Assembly (NCBI GenBank): GCA_041690135.1
Contig: JAWLHY010000002.1
Span: 224,001-288,000, forward strand
Reading direction: 5' to 3'
DNA: 64,000 nucleotides
Source: Armatimonadota bacterium
Lineage (GTDB): Bacteria; Armatimonadota; SYMT01
The position numbers were made by a program, and so were the translations under genes. The notes beneath the pieces were generated by a model that saw only the letters and a list, made by a program, of their open reading frames with translations, had not been told where the DNA came from and ran no database searches. How positions within the stretch are numbered: position 1 is the first letter of the stretch; every line of letters starts with the position of its first letter. Shown piece by piece: positions 56,570 to 64,000 of this stretch.

Positions 56570-57673
56570 ATGGGGGATACGGAGATGCGGATGCGCACGG
56601 GACAGGTAGTGCTGGGACTACTGGCAGTGGCGGCGGTGGGGACGGCCGGATCGCTGCCTCGACAGGCAGAGGCGCGCGGAGCCCAGGCCGAGGCTCCGGC
56701 GAAGAAGAAGACCGTCATCACGCTTGACGATCTGGCTCGCCAGGTAGAGAGCGACGGCCTCAAGGGCACGATGCACGGCGCTCGCCACCCGCTGGGCACG
56801 TACGTTTTCACCTGGTACCACCCGGAGGACTTCTTCCAGAGCCGGCAGTTCTCCCTGGCGCCGGGAAGCGAAGAGGTCGCACGCCAACTGTCCACCCTGG
56901 ACCGGCACCAGCAGGTGACCCTGCGCGGCCGGTTTCTTCGCAACGGCGCCGCGCAGCCGCACATCCGGGTCGAAACCCTCACCCCCGGTCCCAAGTGGGA
57001 TCCCGGCGTGAAAGTCTCGCCCCCGCCTGCTCCGGTGGGCAACCTGCGCGAAACGCTGCCCCGTGAGGGCCGCATCCATGCGATGGTCCACGCCCTGGAA
57101 GAGACCGGCGACGTGCTGGTCATCGAGTACCAGGAAGCCGTGCTCCCGGTGCGGGTGCCCCAGAACGCCGCGCTGCGGAAGGCGGTGGGGAACCTCTACC
57201 GGGGGGACCGGATCGAGATCGCCTACCGGGTTGCGGAGTTTCCGAGGCGCCCCATGCACCTGGAGCTTCTCCCCACCACGGAGGGGGAGCGCTCTGCCCT
57301 GGTGGTCACCGACCGCATCGCCGCCCAGCATGAGAAGCAGCGGACGGTGGAAGGTCAGCTCGTCCTCTTCCCGAAGAGCCCGGTTCTCAGCCGCTCCCTG
57401 TGGGGCGTGGAGGAGAAAGGCCCCGATGGCCTGCACCGCTACTTCACCATCTTCAACTTCGAGGACCTGAAAGACCAGGGCAAGATCGATACGCTGCTCG
57501 ATGGCGCCTGGAAGGGCACGCCGGAGGGCGTGATCGACGGGCGCAACAAGTATATTCACACCGCCGTGCGAGTGCGGGTGAGCGGCCTGGCCAGCAACCC
57601 CGCGAAGAACCAGGCTAACCCGACCCTGATCACCGACTCGACGCGGGTCACCGTGTTGCCTGCGGCGGATTAG
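56570..57673 (+). CDS. Hypothetical secreted protein
   Basis: Signal peptide; beta-rich segments resembling OB-folds (QVTLRG, GDRIEI, VRVSG). Confidence 0.75.
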   Translation: MGDTEMRMRTGQVVLGLLAVAAVGTAGSLPRQAEARGAQAEAPAKKKTVITLDDLARQVESDGLKGTMHGARHPLGTYVFTWYHPEDFFQSRQFSLAPGSEEVARQLSTLDRHQQVTLRGRFLRNGAAQPHIRVETLTPGPKWDPGVKVSPPPAPVGNLRETLPREGRIHAMVHALEETGDVLVIEYQEAVLPVRVPQNAALRKAVGNLYRGDRIEIAYRVAEFPRRPMHLELLPTTEGERSALVVTDRIAAQHEKQRTVEGQLVLFPKSPVLSRSLWGVEEKGPDGLHRYFTIFNFEDLKDQGKIDTLLDGAWKGTPEGVIDGRNKYIHTAVRVRVSGLASNPAKNQANPTLITDSTRVTVLPAAD

Positions 57674-58159
57674 TCTCTTATCAGTGCACCTCTGCGCAAA
57701 ACATACAGTGGGTGTCGTTTGGGAAAGCTAGCGCGCGTCATTGCGAGCCCCGACCGGACCGCCGCTAGGCACGCCTGCGGTGCTTTTGTGTGGGTCGCTT
57801 TCACGTGCGAGGTCCGTCCTCTGCGGGGCGTGGCAATCCCCCTGGTGACCGCAGCGGGGCTTGACTCCCGTCCGTCACCCTCCGGCCCACAAGTTCCGCA
57901 GCGAATTCTGCAAAGCGGGCGAACAGGGCGAAGGTGGCGGCGCGGAGAGCAGGGGGATTGCCGCAGTCGCTAAGGCTCCTTCAATGATGTCCTCTCCGTT
58001 GTACATACGTATCTCTGACGATGCCTCTCCAACGGAACCGTACTCGGAGCATCCCCGCGCTCCATTCCAACGACAACATCGCCCGGCAGATGACGTCTAC
58101 ATGGGAGGTCTAACATTCCGGAAGTCTCCCCCCTCCGGATCCGTCTGTCGGGAACCTCG

Positions 58160-60019
58160 ATGCGCGAACGCCTGCCGTACCACTACCTCGCCCTTTCCGT
58201 CGTCAGCCTGCTCCTTCCGCCCGCTCATCTGGCCCACGCCCAGGCCAGTACGACTGCCGCCCCGTCTCCCGCGGCGACCGCGGCACTGCCGGACCTGAGT
58301 GGGTTTCGGACCGTGGACACGGCGCTCCAGACGCAGATCCGGCCGGCGGCAAATGGGCGTACCATGCCCGGTTACCTGGGCGTGCAGGTGGAAGCAGACG
58401 CCAAAGGTCGGATGGTGGTGACCGAGGTAGCGGACAACTCCCCGGCGGCGGGCGCCGGTCTTCAACCGGGCGACCTGCTGTTGAAGGTCGCCAACCAGGA
58501 GTTCCCCACGGTGGGGGCCTTTCGGGACTGGCTCCGCTCCCGCTCGCCCGGAGAGTCCCTGGCGTTGCTGGTCCAGCGCGGAAAGAAGAAGCTGAACCTT
58601 ACGGCGGCGCTGGTGCCCGTGAGCCGTCCCCGGAGCCCCCAGCGGGCGATCCTGGGGATCCAGGTGGAGGACGAAACGGACGGGCAGGGCGCGGCGATCC
58701 GCCGGGTGACGCCGAACTCCCCTGCGGCCGGTGCCGGGATCCGGCCGGGCGACCGGATCCTGAAGCTGGACGGAGCCGCGCTCCCGGACGGCAACCGCCT
58801 GATCGATGCCCTTTCGGAGCGGCAGCCGGGCGAGACGGTGAGCCTGTGGCTGAAGCGAGAAGACCGGGAGATGGAGCTCAAGGTCCGGCTTTCCGCCGCG
58901 CCGGAGTTCGAGGCCGGGGAGCGGGAGCTGCCGCTGTTCCGGAAAGAAGTCTACCGGCTGGCAGTGATCCCTATCGCCTATCCGGACACGGAGCCGAACA
59001 GCACCATCGCGCTGAAGGACTGGGAAGAGGCGCTGTTCAGCCAGGGAACCTACGCGAACCGCAGCAGTGCTACCGGGCAGCCAGTGTTCGGCAGCCTGAA
59101 CGACTACTACCGGGAGCAATCGAACGGCAAGCTCCGGGTCGAGGGAAAGGTGTTCGATTGGGTCCGCGTGAGCAAGAACCGCGATGCCTACGCGCAGGAC
59201 ACCGGCCGGCGCAGCCGCGGAGCCCTCTTCGGGGAGGCGCTGGATCTGCTGCTGGCCCAGGACCCCAACGCGCTGGTGGGGTACGACGGCCTCTTCTTCC
59301 TCTATGCGGGCGACCGGTTCCGCACCTCACGCGGCGGGCTCTACTGGCCGCACCGGTCCACCGTCTCGCACCGGGGCCGGAGCTGGCCCTACTTCATCGT
59401 CCCCGAGGGCGGGCGGCGCATGACCGATATCAGCGTCATCTGCCATGAATTCGGTCACCTGCTGGGCCTGCCGGACCTCTACGCCCGCCCGGAGAACCCC
59501 GGCTCGGAGGGGCTGGGCGCCTGGTGCGCTATGTCCAACCAGGCGGGCAACGGTCGCCCGCAGCACATGAGCGCCTGGTGCAAGGAACAGCTCGGCTGGT
59601 TGAAGCCGGCGGTGATCGATCCTACCGTCAAGCAAAAGCTGATCCTGGGGCCGGTCAACGGCTCCGGCAAGGAGTGCTACAAGGTGCTGGTCCGCCCGGA
59701 CGGCAGCGAGTACCTGCTGCTGGAGAACCGCCGCAAGACCGGCTTCGACGCCAGCCTTCCGGGAGAGGGTCTGCTGATATGGCGGGTGGTGGTGCGCCGG
59801 CCGGTGCTGGAGGAGTCGCACGGGGTGGACGGCCCCGCCGGTCCGCGGATGTATCTCGGCGCCGTTCCCTACCCCAGCAGCGCCAACGATGCCTACACTC
59901 CGTACACCCTCCCCTCCAGCCGCTCGCAGCTCGGCGGCGGGCTGCCGGTCCACATCACAAACATCCGGCAGCTTCCGGACGGGCGGATTTCGTTTTACCT
60001 GGGGTACGAGTTCGACTAG
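58160..60019 (+). CDS. Secreted M6-family metalloprotease with two PDZ domains
   Basis: GYLGV..VADNSPAAGAGLQPGD, V.PNSPAAGAGIRPGD; SLNDYYREQSNG, HEFGHLLGLPDLY, W.AM, SAWCK..LGW, LLENR. Confidence 0.9.
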   Translation: MRERLPYHYLALSVVSLLLPPAHLAHAQASTTAAPSPAATAALPDLSGFRTVDTALQTQIRPAANGRTMPGYLGVQVEADAKGRMVVTEVADNSPAAGAGLQPGDLLLKVANQEFPTVGAFRDWLRSRSPGESLALLVQRGKKKLNLTAALVPVSRPRSPQRAILGIQVEDETDGQGAAIRRVTPNSPAAGAGIRPGDRILKLDGAALPDGNRLIDALSERQPGETVSLWLKREDREMELKVRLSAAPEFEAGERELPLFRKEVYRLAVIPIAYPDTEPNSTIALKDWEEALFSQGTYANRSSATGQPVFGSLNDYYREQSNGKLRVEGKVFDWVRVSKNRDAYAQDTGRRSRGALFGEALDLLLAQDPNALVGYDGLFFLYAGDRFRTSRGGLYWPHRSTVSHRGRSWPYFIVPEGGRRMTDISVICHEFGHLLGLPDLYARPENPGSEGLGAWCAMSNQAGNGRPQHMSAWCKEQLGWLKPAVIDPTVKQKLILGPVNGSGKECYKVLVRPDGSEYLLLENRRKTGFDASLPGEGLLIWRVVVRRPVLEESHGVDGPAGPRMYLGAVPYPSSANDAYTPYTLPSSRSQLGGGLPVHITNIRQLPDGRISFYLGYEFD

Positions 60020-60103
60020 GAGGGTACGGTTGCTTCCGCGGTTGCGCGTCCTGCATCCCTCCTCGTACAATAAGGATAGGCGCGAAACGCCGGGAGGAAG
60101 TTA

Positions 60104-60808
60104 ATGATGGCCATCGCACCCCCCATAACGCAACCATCCCCGTCCGCGATCCCGCCGCTGGAGAACGGCGACCACCTTACCCGCGACGAGTTCGAGCGCC
60201 GGTACCAGGCGATGCCGGGGGTCAAGAAGGCGGAGCTCCTGGAAGGAATCGTCTACATGCCATCTCCCGTCCACTTCCGGGGGCACTCCCGGCCACATCA
60301 GGATATCAACGCCTGGATCGCAGTTTACCGGGCGGCAACTCCCGGATTACTGAGCGGAACGGACGGATCCGTGCGGCTGGACGTGGATAACGAGCCGCAG
60401 CCCGACGTGTTCCTGTTTCTTCCCAAATCGGCAGGAGGCCGGGCCGAGGTCGATGCGGACGACTACGTGGCCGGCGCCCCCGAACTGGTGGTGGAGGTGG
60501 CGGCGAGCACCACCAGCCGGGATCTCCACGTGAAGCGGCACGTTTACCGCCGGAACGGGGTGCGCGAGTATCTGGTGTGGCGCGTGCGCGAGCAGGCCGT
60601 GGACTGGCTGGTGCTGCGGGGCGGCGAGTTCGTCCCGATGGATCCAGGACCGGACGGCATCCACCGCAGCGAAGTCTTTCCGGGTCTCTGGCTCGACACT
60701 GCGGCCCTGCTCCAGGGGGACCTTGCCGGGGTGCTCCGCGTGCTGCACCAGGGTCTCGCCTCTCCCGAGCATGCGGATTTCGCCGCGCGGCTTGCTGCCA
60801 CGGAATAG
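60104..60808 (+). CDS. Uma2 family (DUF820) endonuclease-like protein
   Basis: LENGDHLTRDEFERRY, AELLEG.VYM.SP, EPQPD, GAPELVVEVA, Y.RNGVREY.VW, S.VFPGLWLD. Confidence 0.93.
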   Translation: MMAIAPPITQPSPSAIPPLENGDHLTRDEFERRYQAMPGVKKAELLEGIVYMPSPVHFRGHSRPHQDINAWIAVYRAATPGLLSGTDGSVRLDVDNEPQPDVFLFLPKSAGGRAEVDADDYVAGAPELVVEVAASTTSRDLHVKRHVYRRNGVREYLVWRVREQAVDWLVLRGGEFVPMDPGPDGIHRSEVFPGLWLDTAALLQGDLAGVLRVLHQGLASPEHADFAARLAATE

Positions 60809-60823
60809 GCCAACCCTTTGTGC

Positions 60824-61300
60824 CTACCGCCGCTCGCGCCGCTCGCGGCGAGCCCGGACCAGTCCCGCCAGCACCACTTCGGCCCGCTCCCTGGTCCCGT
60901 AGCACTCCACCAGCGACTGGACCATCTCCGGGTGCGGTAGGACACAGGCACGACACGCCAGAAGGGTACGGAAGGCCTCTTCCAGCCCGGCGCCCTCTTC
61001 GTGCAAGTAGGCGGCCAGTACGGTGGGTGAGCGGCTCATTCCGCGCCCGCAGGTAACGAGCACCTTCCGCCCCCGGGCCCGCTGTTCCCGGATCAAGGCG
61101 GCGCCGCGGCGCAGGATCTCGCTCGCGACCGGTTTGCCGTCATCGAACGGCAGGTGGAGGACCTCCGCGCAGTCGGGAACCGGCGGGTTCTCCGCGTCCG
61201 GCCAGTAGATCTGCAGCACGGCTTCGATTCCCGCCTCCGGGAAGGAAGCCGGCCAATCGCCTACCCCCGCCAGGGCGAGGTCGTCGGTGATCCAGTCCAT
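60824..61300 (-). CDS. Dual-specificity protein phosphatase family
   Basis: PFDD acid loop and CxxGxxRS P-loop (VLVTCGRGMSRS); AGGAG RBS. Confidence 0.85.
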   Translation of the reverse strand: MDWITDDLALAGVGDWPASFPEAGIEAVLQIYWPDAENPPVPDCAEVLHLPFDDGKPVASEILRRGAALIREQRARGRKVLVTCGRGMSRSPTVLAAYLHEEGAGLEEAFRTLLACRACVLPHPEMVQSLVECYGTRERAEVVLAGLVRARRERRERR

Positions 61301-61431
61301 GGTTTACTCCTGGGGCGGCAGGTCCGGGGCGCGGGTGCGGGCAACGTTCAGATGGCCCGGTTCATGATAAACCCACCGGCCCCATCCGGCATCCAGCGGG
61401 AATCGTGTTGCGTAGCGAGGGAGATGCGAGA

Positions 61432-62193
61432 ATGCCAGAACGGGAAAAGCCGATCCGGGATATCCGCTTCTTCGAGCGGGCCGCGGACGGTTCGCAGGAC
61501 GGAGAATTGTTGTCGGACTACTTAGGGAAGGTCTATCCGCTGGTGGAGCCTCGCGAAGCCGTGGCGCTGGGGGTCCGCTACGCTCTGCGGCTGGCCGAGC
61601 GCGGGTTCCGCACCCGGGGCTACGATCATCTCTACGTGGCCCTCTCTCCCACGCTGCCCGCGGGGGAAGTGCGGGCTGCCGTCGAGCGGATCGAGCCCTG
61701 GATGCAGATCGTGGAGGTGGGGGTCCCGCTGGATACCTGGCCACGGGAGACGGTCGAGGCGCAGGACCGGTGCCTCCTGCGGGCGGCCACCCTGGCGCTG
61801 GAGCATTTGTCCGCGCTCCAGGAGTGCGATGCCGGCGTGCTTCCGGAGGTGGAAGCGGAACTGGCGGAACGGGGGACGGCCGTGGAGATTACCCGCCTTG
61901 TCAAGGAGACGGCCGCAGGCACGCTTCGGGTCACCTACCAGGTGCTGCCCTACGGAACGCCGAGCCCGGTGTTCGTGGAGTACCACGAGCACGCCACCGG
62001 CCGGAGCGGAAAAGTCGAGGCGATGCGGGTGCAGGATTCCGAGGACGTCTTCCCCCTCATCGCGACCGCCGGCATCTCGCGGGGGATGGTCACCCTGAAG
62101 CCCCGCGCCTCCTTCCGCGCGAACCTCACCACCCGCAACTACAAGACCCCGATCCAGATACCCCTCTCGCGGGTGCTGGGTGATCCGGCCTGA
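61432..62193 (+). CDS. Hypothetical protein
   Basis: Coding-like ORF with GAGGGAG RBS; no family recognised. Confidence 0.7.
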   Translation: MPEREKPIRDIRFFERAADGSQDGELLSDYLGKVYPLVEPREAVALGVRYALRLAERGFRTRGYDHLYVALSPTLPAGEVRAAVERIEPWMQIVEVGVPLDTWPRETVEAQDRCLLRAATLALEHLSALQECDAGVLPEVEAELAERGTAVEITRLVKETAAGTLRVTYQVLPYGTPSPVFVEYHEHATGRSGKVEAMRVQDSEDVFPLIATAGISRGMVTLKPRASFRANLTTRNYKTPIQIPLSRVLGDPA

Positions 62194-62210
62194 AGGGCGG
62201 CGCTTACAGA

Positions 62211-62780
62211 ATGACCGAACGAGAGAAGATGCTGGCGGGGGAGTTGTACCTCGCCTCCGACCCGGAGTTGGTCGCGGCGCTCAAGCGGGCTCGCCGCCTC
62301 TCCCGCCTGTACAACGCCACCACGGAAGAGGAACCGGAGCGCCGGGTGGAGATCCTGCGGGAGTTGCTCGGCGCGGCCCACGCGGACACAGTCATCGAGC
62401 CGCCGTTCCACTGCGACTACGGGTCGCACATCTATCTGGGACGGAAGTTCTTCGCCAATTTCGGGCTGATCGTTCTGGACTGCGCCGAGGTGCGGATCGG
62501 GGACCAGGTGATGCTGGGTCCCTCCGTTCAGATCTACACCGCCACCCACCCCGTGGATGCCGCCACGCGCTGCGCCGGCCCGGAGCTGGCCCGCCCAATC
62601 ACCATCGGGAACCGCGTGTGGATCGGCGGCGGCTCGATCCTCTGCCCCGGCGTCACCATCGGGGAGAACACCACCATCGGAGCCGGAAGCGTGGTGACCC
62701 GGGACATCCCGGCGAACGTGGTCGCCGCCGGGAATCCCTGCCGGGTCCTCCGCGAGCTTTCGCCTCCCGCGGGAGGCTGA
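62211..62780 (+). CDS. maa: Maltose O-acetyltransferase family
   Basis: MTEREKMLAGELY, IEPPFHCDYG, IYTATHP, PITIGNRVWIGG, GAGSVVTRDIP.NVVAAGNPCRV. Confidence 0.92.
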   Translation: MTEREKMLAGELYLASDPELVAALKRARRLSRLYNATTEEEPERRVEILRELLGAAHADTVIEPPFHCDYGSHIYLGRKFFANFGLIVLDCAEVRIGDQVMLGPSVQIYTATHPVDAATRCAGPELARPITIGNRVWIGGGSILCPGVTIGENTTIGAGSVVTRDIPANVVAAGNPCRVLRELSPPAGG

Positions 62781-62790
62781 CCTGGGGACA

Positions 62791-64000
62791 CTATTTCCCC
62801 GGAGACGTAACGGAGAACCCCTTCTCCACGATGTTGGTGCCCAGGGTCGACTCCCGCGCCGAGCCGAGTGCCGCGGCGGGCACCCGCTCCGGCGCCTTCC
62901 AGCTCAGGTCCGTCATCACGTTCCCGTCCACCAGCACCCGCCGGCACTCTCCTTCGGTGACCACGGCATGCCGGCTCAGGCCGCTGAAGCTGTTGCCGGT
63001 CACCACCACATCGGCGGTGTTCTGCAGCACGATGCCGGTCGCCGGATCCTGGATCACGGTCTTCCCGCCCACGTAGCTGTTGCAGAAGTTATTCCCGGTG
63101 ATGGTGATACGCCCGCTCTGGGAGCCGACCGCCACGGCCCGGGAGGCGACCAGCGGAAAGGTGTTGGCGGAGATGGCGCAGCCCCACGCATCGCGGAGAT
63201 CGATCCCGGCGGCGTTGTGGGCGATCACGTTGGCGCTGATGGTGTCGCCGTAGCAGTCGCGGTCCAGGATGATCGCGGTCCCTTTGCACTCCTCGATCAT
63301 ATTCCCGGAGAGCACCGAGCCGTAGGTGTTCTCGATGACGATGCCGTGGCGCAGGTGGTCGTCGACGTTGTTGCCGTTCATGCAGAGGTTGAAGCTGTCG
63401 ATGCAGCGGACCGCATCCTGGTTCTCCTCGAACTGGTTGGCATTCACCACGATATCGTGGTTCCGCAGGATGTTCAGCCCCGCCTGACCGTTGTAGGTGA
63501 GGATGGAGTCGGAGACCCGCGGGTCTTCCAGGCAGTCCACCAGGTTGATCCCGTGGCCGCCGTTGTGGTCCACCGCCACGTTGTGGATCAGCAGCTCGTT
63601 GGCGGCCTCGGCCAGGATGCCGTCCCCGCTCTTCGGATTGCCGCTGACCCGGAAGTCTGCGAGCTGCACCCGCCAGATCCGCGCCCGCGCGTTCTCGGCC
63701 CGGGTTGCCGGCCGGATTACCAGGGCGGGCTGCCCGTCCTCCGACTTGTTGACGAGGTGCGTTGCCGCGCCCGACCCTTCGATGCGCGTATTCTCGCGGG
63801 TTAATACCAGGGGTCGAGTCAGCTCATACTGGCCTGGTGGGATCCGCACCACGCCGCCCGCCGTGGGCACGGCATCCAGGGCCGCCTGCAGCGTGGGGTA
63901 CCGCGCCGCATCGATGGTAACCGCCTTCGCGCTCTCCTGCGCCTGCGCCGACGGCACCGCTCCACCTCCCCGCAGCGACCCGGCCGCAAATGCCAGTGCA
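62791..64000 (-). CDS. Right-handed parallel beta-helix repeat protein, 5'-partial
   Basis: LQAALDA....GGVVRIPPG.Y and many I.GN.. PbH1 repeats; frame runs off the window end. Confidence 0.85.
   Translation of the reverse strand, partial: ALAFAAGSLRGGGAVPSAQAQESAKAVTIDAARYPTLQAALDAVPTAGGVVRIPPGQYELTRPLVLTRENTRIEGSGAATHLVNKSEDGQPALVIRPATRAENARARIWRVQLADFRVSGNPKSGDGILAEAANELLIHNVAVDHNGGHGINLVDCLEDPRVSDSILTYNGQAGLNILRNHDIVVNANQFEENQDAVRCIDSFNLCMNGNNVDDHLRHGIVIENTYGSVLSGNMIEECKGTAIILDRDCYGDTISANVIAHNAAGIDLRDAWGCAISANTFPLVASRAVAVGSQSGRITITGNNFCNSYVGGKTVIQDPATGIVLQNTADVVVTGNSFSGLSRHAVVTEGECRRVLVDGNVMTDLSWKAPERVPAAALGSARESTLGTNIVEKGFSVTSPGK

Overview
GC-rich bacterial chromosomal window. Gene content (PSD1/DUF1501 pair, DUF1080, outer-membrane barrel) suggests Armatimonadota or a PVC-like lineage; this is inference. 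Housekeeping genes: split transketolase, mnmG, a tRNA-Lys/Leu/Gly cluster followed by tig-clpP-clpX-lon, and a stand-alone infC that probably starts at ATA. Accessory genes: an alpha-glucan/stress cluster (GT4, USP, GH15, glgP), two tandem STAS-PAS-GAF-PP2C paralogs with a degenerate anti-sigma-like gene, several secreted proteins, pseudogene fragments and many short-period or palindromic repeats, some inserted in frame into genes. The two strongest leads are (1) an unannotated ~530-nt intergenic segment (23286-23815) with nested long-range helices and motifs in the same order as OLE RNA, outside OLE's known host range and gene context, and (2) a c-di-AMP riboswitch heading a KamA-like radical-SAM aminomutase / PLP aminotransferase / DAACS transporter operon whose active-site residues point to an acidic substrate, a candidate beta-glutamate osmolyte pathway. 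All family calls rest on motif recognition by eye; no searches were run.
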